A stretch of 64,000 nt of DNA, taken from positions 1 through 64,000 of the forward strand of contig CAUYUJ010000231.1 in the NCBI GenBank assembly GCA_963575745.1, in the 5' to 3' direction. This document shows positions 36,162 to 48,828 of the stretch, piece by piece (the first letter of the stretch is position 1; the number at the start of each line of letters is the position of its first letter). Source of the stretch: Prorocentrum cordatum. Lineage: Eukaryota. Position numbers and translations under genes: made by a program. The notes under the pieces are model-generated. The model made no database searches, was not told the DNA's origin, and saw only the letters and a list, made by a program, of their open reading frames with translations.

Positions 36162-36235
36162 GCACCGTGCAGACCATGGCGCCGGAGGTCATCCTGGCGC
36201 GCGGGGACGACTTCGACGCGTCGGACCCGAACCAG
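36162..36235 (+). CDS. Host kinase exon C (subdomain VIII, APE)
   Basis: (G)TVQTMAPEVILARGDDFDASDPNQ; AG acceptor, AG|GT donor (alternative G|GA 3 nt later). Confidence 0.85.
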
Positions 36236-39200
36236 GTGGAGTCCAGGGGCCCGGTGGGGCGGTCATGGGGCCCTCCTCCCTCCCCGGTTCCCGTTCTCAT
36301 CCCCCTGCCCTCATCCCCCCCCCCCACCCACACCTGGCCCCCCGAAGGGCCACGCCCCCACCCGCCGCGCTCTCAAGACGGCCGCCCCCTCGCGCGTATT
36401 GCGCGCGTCTCTCGTCTCGTCTCGCGCCCACACCTCCCTTCTCCCTTACGGCCCCCTACCTCCCCCCCCTGACCCCTTCCCTCTCTCTTCATCCCGTCCT
36501 CCCCGCCCACCCTTTCTCTCCCCGCCCGCCCCCCTTCCTCCCTCACTGCCCGTGGCCCCCCCCCCTCCTCCTCCCACTCTTTCCCTTTCCCCCCTCCCCT
36601 TCAACGAGCAGCGCGTCTGGGACCTGACCTCGACACTGATCAGCACGACGGAGTCGAGCACCACGACGTTGAGCAGCATGACGGGATCCGGCACGGCCGA
36701 GTCGAGCGCCAGGTCGTTGACCATGCCCGACGAGGTTGAGCACCACGACCCTGAACAGCACAACGGGAGCCAGTACCGGCAGTCTCACGCCTATTAGTGA
36801 GACGAGCATTGCAACGAGCACAACGTGCTTGAGCAGCGCGTCTGGGACCAGAACCTCGACTCTGATCAGCTCGACGGAGTCGAGCGTCACGACGGGATCC
36901 GGGACGACCGAGTCGAGCGCCACAGCGTTGATGAGCACGACGGAGTCGAACACCACGACGCTGAGCAGCATGACGGGATCCAGCACCAGCAGTTTTGCAT
37001 CTACGAGTCAGACGGGCAGTGCAGCGAGCACCTCGCCTTTGAGCAGCACGTCTGGGGCCAGCACTTCTACAATTGGCAGCACGACTGCCTCGAGCGGAAC
37101 GAGTTCCGCCTCGAGTGCCGCGCGGCTGTGCACTCCTATGGGTGACAATATTTCGGCATTGAGCGGCATGCCCGAGAGCACGAGCTCGACTTTGAGGCCC
37201 ACCATTGGGACGCGTACGACCGTTACCACTACGTCGCTGACCACCATAGCTGGCCTCAGCCGCGGAACGGTGAGCAGCTCGTCCAGGAGCAACAGTTGGA
37301 CCCTGACGACCACGGGTGAGGCGAGTACTCCCCCGTCCGTTCGCACACCGACGCTGAGCAGCACGTCGTCGACCATCACGGCGGGCACCAGCAGCACATT
37401 ATTGACCAGCACCATCGGGCGCACCATCGCCTCGACGTGCACCAGCGGGATGGGCACTGCCGACAGCACCAGGCAGCTGAGCTGCACGATGGGCGTTGTC
37501 ACCTTGACGATGTGCACGTCGAGGAGCACCAGATCGAGCACCATGCCGCTGACCACCATGACTGGCACCAGCCGCGAACGGGGGAGTAACACGACCGGGG
37601 GGGCAGCAGCTCGACCCTGACGACCATGTGTGGGACGTCCGCGGCCCGGAGTTTTGTCCCGGGCTTTTACCAGGCCCATGGCCCAGTACCTCCGCGACCT
37701 GCATGGGCCCACGGGGGGGTGGGATGCGTGTCTCGGCTTGAGCTGCAAGTGCCGCGCTGGCCCAACGGAGGTGGGATGCGAGCGCCACCCTCACTCCCAC
37801 GAGGCCGCATTGGCCCCACTTGGGGCGGCATTCGAGCTCCGACCAGCGCTTCGGGGAACACCAGTTCCACCCTCACGTGCAGTGATATCCTCCTCCTCCG
37901 ACCGCCCGTCTCGCCCTTCATCAGGCCTGATCGCCCGCTAGCCCCTTGGCGCCTCATGCGAGCGACCGAGCGCGTCCAGGTGCTCACGAGTAGCACTCCA
38001 GAGACACCTGCACTTCTGAGGCCTGCGCGAACAGTGGGCAATTTTCCGCGGCTGCCACTCTTTCTCGGGCCGCAGCGGAGGATGCCCCAAGGCGGCGCCT
38101 CTCTTCGCTGGGCGCTGGGGCGCGCACGCCAACGCGCGCCTAAAGCAGGCCAGCCACAACTGGGGGAGCTGTGGTCCTTATCCCCCTGGGGGACCCATCG
38201 ATTTCGACACCCCTCTCGAGAGATCGCCGATGCGATGGGTTCCCCCAGGGGGGTAAGGACCACAGCTCCCCCAGTTATGGCTGGTCGGTAAAGCCAACGC
38301 CCCTCTTCGCACGGTGGCGCGCACGGGCCCGCGGACCCTTCGCGCCCGCGCCAAGGGGGAGGGGGCGGGCACGCGTGGCTCAGGGGCCCAGACGACGTTG
38401 CCGTCCGATGTGTTGCGCTCTCTCCCCTCCCCTCCCCCTCCCTCCTCCCCCGTCCATCCTTCTCTTCCCCCCCCGCCCCCGTCCTTCCCATCACCCCCCC
38501 CTCGTCTTTTCCTTATTCCCATCACTCCTTTTTCTCCCCCCATTTCCCCCCTCCCCCCCTCTCTCTCTCTCTTCCCCCCTCCCCTTCCTCCTCTTCCAAC
38601 CCACCACCTTCCACCTCTCACCTGGGATCCTGACTCTGCCATGTGTTCGCGACGGACGTATTCGCCCGTGTTCGGGCTCTGGGGACCACTACGGATCGAT
38701 CCAGCTATTAAACATGCCGCATCTAAACACACATGGTACATGGGGTCGTGGACGTGGTCGTTGGCGATGTTGCAGTCGTTTTGCGACGGCGGATCTCAGG
38801 GCCCCCAGCTCTCCCACCCTTCCTCCTCTTCTTCCATTTGTTCTTTGCCTCCCTGCCTCGTCCTCGCCCCTGCTCGCGGCAGCTGGCGCGCGTCAGGCGT
38901 GGGTGTCCTGGGCCTTTCGAGGCCTGGTTCGGGAAGGGGAGGAGGAGGAGGAGGAGGAGGAGGAGGAGGAGGAGGAGAAGGAGGACGTGGAGGACGAGGG
39001 CGAGGACGAGGACGAGGTGGAGGAGATCTCGATACCGCTGCTTGTCCTGGAGAGTCCTCGTCACCACTGCCAGATACTCTCTGAGTTTCTGGTCGGAACG
39101 CATCCCTGGAGAGGTCCGGGGAGCAGCGGCATCGGTACATTTTTTTGCCTTGGGGTGAAGTGGGTCAGCCGGTACGTTTTTGTGCTTACGCTTGCCCGTC

Positions 39201-40115
39201 ATTTCCTTCTCTTGGCCCTCCGCACATCGCCTCATCGTGCCCCCTGCTGGAGGGTTCCTCCGAAGGGCTTTGTCCCCCCCTCCTCCTCTCCTCCTCCCCT
39301 CTTTTCCTCTTCCGCCATCCTCCATCTCCTCCTCCCCCCCTCCCTCCCACCTCCCCCTCCACCTCCTCCTCCTCCTCCTCCTCCTCCCCCTCCCCTCCTC
39401 CTCTCCTCCTCCATCTCCTCCTCCTCTCCTCCTCCCCCCCACCTCCCCCTCCACCTCCTCCTCCTCCTCCTCCTCCTCCTCCTCCATCTCTCCTCCATCT
39501 CCTCCACCTCCCCCTCCTCCACCTCCTCCTCCTCCTCCTCCTCCTCCTCCTCCTCCTCGGGTCGCCTACGGCCCCGGTGGAGACCGTGCACCCCCGGCCT
39601 GAGGCGGCCTCCAAGCTGGGATGAGGGGGCCGAGTTTGGGCGTGCGCAGCTAGGAGGTGCTCGGGCGTCGTGACATGTTTTTGTTGTCCTGAGCGCGAGG
39701 TCTGCTCCGAATGTGTTGCCGCAGCATGCCCTCGGATTCGCATGGCAGTGCCTGGCAGGGGAAGCGGCCAGGCCTCGTGCTGTTCAGACGTCTTCGAAGC
39801 GTCACGGCCTGTGTGCCTCATGCTTCGCTGCCTGATCGCCATGGCCCGCTGAATGCATGAAGTAAGCGTTGCATCCCATGGCTCCGACGTGTTGACATAT
39901 GGATAGCGACTTAAGTAAATACTGGCGTCGACCATATTCATTCAGGATTTGAGTAAGTGGAAGTGTCTTTCGATTTCTGTGTGGCCCTGAGACAGTTTAT
40001 TATGTTGCGTTGCTCATGTAGCGTCTTCGCAAACGACACCAAACAAGAGGGACAACCATCAAAAAGGTGGGCCGATCATAAGGATCTGGAAATGAATATT
40101 GATGGACGCTGGGAG

Positions 40116-40201
40116 GAGATCGAGTACAAGAAACGACCCTTTGGCATTCAGAAGTACAAGGCCGGGAAGGACGGAAAGGGTTGCCGAGTTACACTTGTCA
40201 G
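40116..40201 (+). CDS. Host kinase exon D (start of PDZ-like insert)
   Basis: EIEYKKRPFGIQKYKAGKDGKGCRVTLV(R); AG acceptor, AG|GA donor, phase-compatible with exon E. Confidence 0.75.
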
Positions 40202-42297
40202 GACATGTTTGCCGCTTGTGATTGTTCTTGCGGGCAAGACTTGTACCCATGTCCATTGCGTCTTGGACTTTCTGGGAAAGGGCGTTGACAGTGGATATGG
40301 ATACACATCTAGCCTCTAGGGGCCAGATGTTCATCCATGTCCGTTGCGCCCCTGGCTTCTGGGGAAGAGAGCCCGAAACTCTAAGGCGCAGTGGATTTGT
40401 TTGTTCTTCTCTCTCTCTCTCTCTCCCTCCCTCCATATCGATCGAAGACGCCTACGGCGAATCACCGCCGCCCCCTGCCTTTTTGGAAGCGCCTATGTGG
40501 CCGAACGCTGAGGCCAGACCTGCCAAGCTATCGGACCACGTGTTCCCCGAATCGGTTTGGAAAGCCTTCGGGGAACACGTGGGCATCTTGAAGGTCATCT
40601 TGGCCGTCTTGGAGGCCTCTTGGGCAAGCTTTGGGCGATCTTTGGGGCTTTTTGGGCCGTCTCGGGCCAGCTTCGAGCCAACTTCGGCCATCTTGGTGGG
40701 TTCCTGGCACGTCTGAAGCCGTCGGAAGCCGTTTGGGGGGCCTCTATGGGCCGACTTGGGGCCCGCTTGGAATGCTCCAGGGCCGTCTTGGAGGCCATCT
40801 TGGGCGTCTGGGAGGCCATCTTGGGCGTGTTGGAGGCCTCTTGGGCCCTCTTGGGGCCCTCTAGGGGCCATCTTGGAGGCCACTTGGGCCATCATGGGGC
40901 TCTCTTGGGGGCCTCTTGGGCGATCTTGGGGGCTTCTTGGGCCGTCTTGAGCCGTCGGAGAGCCGAAAAGGCGCAAATGCCAAAATCCTTCAAAACCAAG
41001 GAAAATCAATGATTTTGGCCTCTTCGGACTCTCCTGGAGGACCTCTTGGAGGCCTCTTGGGCCGTCTGGGAGGCCTCTGGGGGGCCTCTTGGGCCGTCTT
41101 GGGCCGTCTTGGACTCTCTTGGGCAGTTTTGGAGGCCGTCTTGGACCATCTCGGGCGGATTTGGAGGCCATCTTGGGCCATCTTCGCGATTTTGTGAGGA
41201 TGTCCCGAGCGAAACGGCCGTTTTTGGGCATTGACAGACGCATTTTGGGAAACGCGCGGGTGGCCGGCGGGACGGGCCGAAACCCACTGGGGAGTTCTTT
41301 TAGAAAAAGAACCAAAACCAAAACCGAATCATCCAGCACGCCGTGCACCCCTGCAAGCAGGGGGCGGCGGATAATGGTGGCCTTCGGCCCATCCCGCCAC
41401 CGTGCCTGGTTTGTGGTTCACAGGCCTCTACGATGTCAGTTGGGATGTCGCGTGGGGGCCGTTTGGAGGCCTCTTGGGGCGTCTTGAGGGCCTTTTGGAG
41501 GTCTTTTATGGCCTCTCGGGGGCCTCCTGGAGCTTTCTTCTCTCGGGGCGGGAAGCTCGAATGTTCATGTTTGTAGTCCCCCTCTTAGACCCCTCTTGAA
41601 CCCATCTTTGGGTTGCTTGGGCTGCCCTAAGGCTGTCCTGGGCAGTCTTGGGGACCTCTCGGGTCGTCCTGCCTGCGGCCCTCTTGGAAGCCTCTGTCAA
41701 GAGAGGAAAAACCACCCGTACTGGACAATTGGCGTTTACTAAATGGCCTTGGGCGTGTACTTAACAGCCCTGCCCTGTTTGATGTTTTCTTTAGATGCGT
41801 TTACTAAACGGCTTCGCGTGTCGGGGTGGTTATTATCGGGTGGATTTTCTGCCCTCTATTCTGGGGCCGTCTTGGGGCGGTCTTGGAGGCCTCTCGGGCC
41901 GTCTTGGAGCGTCCGAAAGCCGAAAGGGCGACAACGCCCCCCCCAAAAAAAAGAAAGAAAGGGCGACAACGCAAAAACCAACAAGCATAGCCCCTAGAGA
42001 AGCAATGGCCTGTGCCTCTCGGGGGGCTCTCTTGTGAGGCCTCGCGGAGCTCTGCTCCGGGGCGTCGTGGCGCCCTGCTCGGCAGCCGTGGGGCCACACC
42101 TTCGGCACCTTGGGGCGATCCTTTCGGCGCCTCGGGCTCCTCGCTTGGACCGCCTTCGGGGGCCTCCTGGGGCCCTCGTGGCCCGCCCCGAGAGCGTCGC
42201 GCGACGGGCCGCGACGAGCCCCAGGGTGGGCACACGCCAAGGCCAAGAAGCTTCGGAAATCGGGGGCCGGGGCCCCTCGTTGGCTCCTCAGGACTGA

Positions 42298-43825
42298 GGG
42301 CCATCTCAAGCGTCTTGGAGCGACGTCTCGGGCTCCTGGCGTGGACCGCCCTCGGGGGCCTCCTGGGGCCCTCGTGGCCCGCCCTGGGGGCCCTCGCGGG
42401 CGGATCCCGAGAGCGTCGCCGCCACGGGCCGCGACGGGCCCCAGAAGGGGGGCACACGCCGAGGCCAAGAGGACTCGGAGATTTGGGGGGCCGGTGGCCC
42501 CTCCGCTGGCTCCTCGGGGCGGAGGGCTGGGGCGCAGGGGATTCGTCGACTAGACGTAAGAGTGACCTTTCGCCAGAGTGACCTTTGGTGCGGGCCCAAC
42601 GGGGTCCCCCGATCGCCGAACGCGATGCGATAGTAGCATCTTGCGCGCTTGTGTTTGGTCCCCCCGCGGTCCCCCAAAAGCCGCGCACGAAAGGGCACTC
42701 TTGCCCAGGGTCACTTTTGCGTGTAGTCGAATTTGGCAAATCCGAGGCGGGACTCTACCAATGACCACCGCCTGGAATCTCAAGTTTCGGGGACCTCGGC
42801 AGGCGGTGGATGTGGACACGTTCGGGCCCCCAGGGGCCAACATCTATCCATGTCCACCGCCCGCCGGGGCACCAATGATGTCGGTTGCTAGGCGGTGGAT
42901 ATGGATCTGCACGAACGGGATGGGTACGGAAAGAATGGGGACAATGCCCAACAGCGGACCCTGTTCATTTTGAACAGGACTCGCTGTCCACGCCGCCGCG
43001 GCCTGTGTCCATTCGAGACAGAAGGCCGCCTGTCCAACAGCGGCCGCTGTTGGTTTGGGACAACATCTGTTGTTGGGCATTGTAGCCATTTTTTCCATAC
43101 CCATTTCGGGCGTCCAAAATGGATCAATCTCCGCCTCGCAGCCAAAGGACCTGAGGGCATGCCCACTCCTTTACCAGTGCCGAGGGGTCTCTTCGGGGCC
43201 GGGGCCCCCAAGTTCCAAGTCTTCAATTGGCCTTGGCGCGTGCCCCCTTGCGGCCTGTCGCGGCCCGTCGCCTGGCCCCGGCCCCCGATTTCCGACGTGG
43301 ATACATGTTGGCCCCCAGGGGCCCGAAACTTGACATTCCAGGCGGTGGTCACTGATAGAGTCCCGCCTCGGATTTGCCGAATTCGACTGCACGCAAGAGT
43401 GACCCTGGGTAAGAGTGACCTTTGGTGCGCGGCTTTTGGGGGACCGCGGGGGGACCAAACACAAGCGCGCAAGACGCTACTATCGCATCGCGTTCGGCGA
43501 TCGGGGGACCCCGTTGGGCCCGCACCAAAGGTCACTCTGGCGAAAGGTCACTCTTACGTCTAGTCGACGAATCCCCTGCGCCCCAGCCCTCCGCCCCGAG
43601 GAGCCAGCGGAGGGGCCACCGGCCCCCCAAATCTCCGAGTCCTCTTGGCCTCGGCGTGTGCCCCCCTTCTGGGGCCCGTCGCGGCCCGTGGCGGCGACGC
43701 TCTCGGGATCCGCCCGCGAGGGCCCCCAGGGCGGGCCACGAGGGCCCCAGGAGGCCCCCGAGGGCGGTCCACGCCAGGAGCCCGAGGCGATCGAAGGATC
43801 GCTCCAAGACGCTTGAGATGGCCCC
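42298..43825. repeat. Large inverted repeat: ~550-bp arms (42298-42854 / 43294-43825) around a ~440-bp spacer
   Basis: The minus-strand ORF 41804-42739 and plus-strand ORF 43422-44084 translate almost identically. The spacer holds a smaller foldback (~42918-43105). Confidence 0.9.
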
Positions 43826-46548
43826 CAGGCTCAGACGGCCCAGGAGGCAAGCACGACGCTCCAGGAGGCCTCCAGGAAGTCTCCCAAGAGGCGGGCATCT
43901 CGAGCCCTCGGCCCCGAGGGACCCCAGGAAACCCCAAGAAGCCCACAAGAGAGGCCCCAAGAGGTCACCAAGAGGCCCCAAGAGGCTCCCAAAAGGCCCC
44001 CAAGAGGCCCCCAAGAGTCCCCAAAACTGCCCCCAAGAGAGGCCCCCGAGAGCGCTCCGAAGAGACCCCAAGAAGCAACTCTGACCCACAACCCACGCAC
44101 GGTGGCGGATGGGCCGAAGGCGATCTCTCTCTCTCTCTCTCTCTCTCTCACTGATTGCCGATTTTCACACGGGCCAAGCCAAAACCACATCCATGGCCCT
44201 TGCTTTACGAAGTGGGTCGAAGCGTCTGCAGGCCGTATCCGATCCCCTCAAGCAGTGGCGAGGTGTCTTGATTTGCCTATAGGCCCACCGAGGACTGGTC
44301 TAGCAACCTTTGGTTGTTTGCACGAATTGGTTTTAGAGCATGTCTGTCTGAGGCCGTCCTGTTTTCAGACATCGGCTTCATGCTCGGAGAAATGACGGTT
44401 GCTGGTGTTGTTATCATAATGTTCTTTTGTTCTAGAAAAATAACGTGGCCGGCTTACAGGAATGTTGGGACGGTCGGTCCCTGCTAAATTCTCTCTTCCC
44501 GTGCCTCTTCCGTGCCTTGTCATCGTCTCTCGAGTCTCACGGGCTTGCAATGTGTGGTCCTGCAGAGGGCCACCTTTGCAATGTTGATGCGTCTCATATG
44601 GAAACACGCGGGTCGATCATGTTGGTTTGATATGCGCGTACGTCTATCGTGTTTGTTCATTGCGAGGATGTCATGCACATTGCCTGATTTACGTTGGGAG
44701 CGCACGGGTGTCTGATCAAACCGTAGCAAGGCCAGCAGGTTTGCACCAGGCAGCGCAAGTCGTTTGCCACCTTCAGAACCGAGGGGAGACGGATCACAGC
44801 GCAGTAACACAAGTGTAGTTGCAGGCGGAAATGCGCCATATTAGAATTGATTCCTTCCCTCTTCCCTCCCTCGCACCTTTCCGTCTTACCCTCTGGAGAC
44901 GCAGGTCGTTTCGCAAGGGTCACGGCCAGACAAGCGTTCGGTCTGTTCCTCGGCCCTCTTGGGGCCTCCCGAGGCCGTCTGTGGGCCTTCCTGGGGGCTC
45001 TTGGGCAGTTTTGAATTCGCTTGGGCCATCGTATGGCTGCCTGGGCTATTTTTGCGTTGGCGCCGTCTGGGGACCATACTGGGTGATGTTGGGGCCTTCG
45101 ACACAATTCCGATATTGTTGTCGCGCCTTTATCCCTGTGATTCTGGCCTCTGGAGGTTCTCTTAAAGCCCTGCACAGGCATCTCGAGCCGTCCCTGAGGA
45201 GTTTGGGAACCTTCATATCGGCCCTCATGCAACTTGCCGTCTCGGGGCCGTATGCAAGCCTTGTTGGGCCGTCGTAGGTTCAAGCAGGTGGGGAATGGAA
45301 CGCAGTCGATATATGCGGCGCGGCCCTTGAGGGAGGGGGGGTTACAGGACCATTGACATTTCGTCACGTCGCGTATAATCTCCAAATATTAAGTGCATGT
45401 TGCAGGGGGCTTCGGTTGGTCCGACTGTGCTATTGTAGTCAAGCTCAACAGCATTCTTAGGTCGGGTCACTTGTCAGCCAAACTAGCGTATGGTAGTGCC
45501 ATTTTTCAGCTCTGCTCCACATACACTCCCCTTCTGCCTTGCGATGCAGTGGTTGCCCACGAGGACGTCGACGAACCTGGCATCGACAGTAGGGAAAGGT
45601 GGAGGTGCGTTCGCAACAACTATGCCGACATCGGCTACGCGCTACGCCTGAATTGTGCGGGCAAGATTTATATCCATACCCAGTGCGTCTTGGACTCTCC
45701 TTGGAAGGGGCGCCACAGGGCCGGGGCGCACTAGACACGGAGAACAACATGGCCTCGGGGAGCAGACTTTTATCCACATCCAGTGCGCCTCGGGTTTTCT
45801 GGGGAAGGGAGCCCGAAACTCCAAGCTGCAGTGTAGCTGGACACAAGTCCTGCCCGCAAACTGGCCCCCTGTCCTGCTCCTGCGGCGCAGCCATGGCTGT
45901 GGACTCCTCCTGTCTCGCGGGGGGGGGGGGGGGGGGCGGAGGGCGCCCAGAGCGCGCACAAGTCTGGGTCCTCTTGGGGCCCTCTTGGGCTTTCTCGTCG
46001 ACCGACAAACAAACGACACTGCCCCATCCCCCACCTACAGGTGGGGGCCCGTGCCAAGAAACACTCTGCTTGCCTCCAGTGTGCCCTGGGTTTCTTGGTT
46101 TTCGATGTTTGCGATGGAAAGCGTGACGTTCCCACAGCTGCGCTACGGCCCTCCATGTTGCGCCACGGCCCATGCACCACGCAAAAGCCCACGCCAGATG
46201 TCCCAGTAAACGCTGAGCCCCCTGGGGGCGCAGGTGGGGTGGTGTCGTTTGTTTTCTGGTCCATCTTGGGCTAGCACACTTACGTTGAATAACATTAGGA
46301 GACGCAGACATATTTTCTCCTAGGTTCCGCGCTGATATCTTGGATCGGCTCCGCTCGCGCCGCCCCTGGCGCGCCCCGCGCAGACCTCCGCGAAAGCATG
46401 TTTGTGCACTGTTTGTTCCTCTGCTGCGATCCTGTCGTGCTGCGCACCCCAGTGGTCCCAAGGGGTCGGCGGGGCTCGGGGAGGATGGGCGGGGCGGACG
46501 GGTCGAGCAAGCGCGCCCCAGCAGCTTCGCCGGGCGCCCTGCTCGCAG

Positions 46549-46598
46549 GACGGCATCCCGATATCCGGGCGACCCTCTCGGGCAAGCCTTCCTGGCAG
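46549..46598 (+). CDS. Host kinase exon E (PDZ-like insert)
   Basis: TASRYPGDPLGQAFLA(G); CAG acceptor, AG|GC donor. Confidence 0.75.
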
Positions 46599-48412
46599 GC
46601 GCCGAGCGCGCAGCGCGCGAGGTGGTGTCAGGGGCAGCGTTGCGGGGGGGATAGGCTCGAGTCAGGCGCGTCCCTTCACAGGAGGAGTATTCCATACTAG
46701 GCAAACTGATACTACGAGGACGGTTTCTGACTACTTCTACTCTCTTTGAAGAAAGTATGTGTTGTTCTTGTTTTCTTCCTCCAAACTCCGCCTGTAGGAG
46801 GACATGCCCGACCTGAGGATCGGCTCAGGAGGGAGCGCATCGACCCCGAATCGCCCACTCGCCGCAGATCCGGGGGCCCGCTGGGCCCCACCTCGCCCAG
46901 GAGCCATGTCGCCGATCTGTCGTCGAAGTATCGCCTATCTTCCTCCTCCTCCTCCTCCTCCTCCTCCTCTTCCCCCCCCCCCGCCCTCCTCCTCCCTCCT
47001 CTCTCGTCCTCCTCCCCTCCTCCTCCTCCTCCTCCTCCTCCTCCTCCTCCTCCTCCTCCTCCTCCTCCTCCTCCTCCTCCTCCTCCTCCTCTTCCTCCTC
47101 CTCCTCCTCCTCCCTCTCCTCCTCCCTCCTCCTCCCCCCCCTGAGCCGGTCCCCCCCCGATTGTTGCCCCTCCAGGTACGAGGGGGAGGAATAAGAGGAT
47201 CCGATGGGGAGGGGGGGAGAGCTTGGGGGAGGGGAGGCGAGAGTAAGCTAGGTGCGCTTGCGCCACATGTAACACGCGGCCGCGCCAGCGCGAAAGCGCT
47301 CTGCCCAGCGACGGGAGGAGGTACCGATCCTGAAATGTGACCAGCGTTGCAGCGGGATCGCACTTGTGAAGGACCGCGCGCGTATTCCGGTGGAAGAGCA
47401 CACATGTGCGCACGCAGTTTCGAGATCGCGTGCGCGAGAGCAGTACGCGAGGCAGGCGTGGTTGCACGTCGTAGGATGAGAGAGGAGAGCAGTACTTCAA
47501 CATGCGTGCTGGTAGAGGGGGTGGGGAAGCGGAGGTAAGGGGAGGAAGGTTTGGGGGTGGACAGAACCCCCAACAGTGACACGTCGATTACTGAATTGTC
47601 CGTTTTCGGTTCTCGAGAGGGCGCCGTGGCCGCTATCTTCCACGCTTGCGCCCGCCAGGTTTGGGCCTCAGGTCGTTTTCACTAAACCACGTTTTACTAA
47701 AGGGGGGTCTGTCCATCCCCGAAAGGTGACGGAGTTCAGCGCAAACGGGGCTCAGCCAGAGCGCCGGAGCATGCATGATCTTGCCATGCTGGGTACTGGC
47801 TGAGCGCGGCTTCGGACTCGGCCGCGGCCAGCGGGTTAGCCGCACATTTTGGTTGGCAAGCTCCCCCCCAAACAAAAAATGTGGCACCGTTGCTTCTAAA
47901 TCGGTGGAGCCGTGTTTGCGCTGAGCTGGCTTAGTCCCCGCCCGACGGGTGGGTGGTGGGGCATGGCGTTCTCCGCACGGGGGGATGCGGGGCAGATCGA
48001 GTGGCGCGTGCGGAGCTCGATGCGTCGGGGAATTCCGGCTTGGCGAAGGTTGATGCCGCGGGCGATATGTATGCATCGTAGTGCGTTGGCGACTCTCGAG
48101 ACGTTGTCGATCTTCGACTCAGGAAGGGTACAGTTCTTATATTATCGGCCCTTGAAGCCAAACAAAAACTATGCACAGTACCGCGCTGGTGCGAGGCCTG
48201 AAGTGAGTTCAATCACAGCACGGTGCATGGGCGCCAGTCTCGTACGCAGGGAACGAAGTTCACAGAAAATGCAAGGAGGGCTGATTTCAGAGGAGGGCGA
48301 GTTGAGACAGCGGTAGTTGACCTTCGGCGGGCCCCCTCGTGGCCACGGCTGTTCGGAAAATGCGTGCGTTCGTTTTTTCTCGAAAAGTGGATTTTCTGAA
48401 TTCCCCCGGCAG

Positions 48413-48548
48413 GTGTCAAGGAGGAGTGGGTCGTCTTGACCGTGAACGGGCAAGACGTGACCCAGATGGACTTCGACGACATTGTCGACCTCATGGGCGA
48501 TCGGCTTCTGGACAACTCCTCGCGCGGAGCGTTCGATGGGTCTTTCAG
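48413..48548 (+). CDS. Host kinase exon F (PDZ-like core)
   Basis: VKEEWVVLTVNGQDVTQMDFDDIVDLMGDRLLDNSSRGAFDGSF(R); CAG acceptor, AG|GC donor. Confidence 0.8.
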
Positions 48549-48644
48549 GCGAGGGCCTTAAGCGGCAGGCCTGCCATCAAGCGCGGCTGTCTTGCGACTC
48601 AGGGGCGCTGAAGAGATGTGGATGGGGCTGCTCTCGGAGGCCTG

Positions 48645-48828
48645 GAAATTGACACCAACACCAAGACAGGGGGTTGCCTCCACAGGGGGAAGGTGATCCT
48701 AGATTTTCGGTGTTGGTGGTAATAGTTCGGCCACCTTGGAAGTCAGAATATTACCACCATCACCGAGATCGGGATCTTCTTCCCTCGGTGGAGGCACACC
48801 GCCGATTTTAGTGTTGGTGCCGATTTCA
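48645..48828. repeat. Imperfect foldback (~185 bp)
   Basis: GAAATTGACACCAACACC, GCCTCCAC and CGGTGTTGGTGGTAATA are mirrored by TATTACCACCATCACCG, GTGGAGGC and GTGTTGGTGCCGATTTC. Confidence 0.7.

Noticed and set aside
38171..39941. Long ORFs (up to 500 aa) over GGA/TCC tracts, and similar ORFs across the window
   Set aside because: They are stop-free only because of microsatellites and GC-rich satellites. The products are homopolymeric with no domain motifs.
43081..43095. GTAGCCATTTT, a partial dinoflagellate spliced-leader match
   Set aside because: It lacks GGCTCAAG and is an arm of a local inverted repeat.
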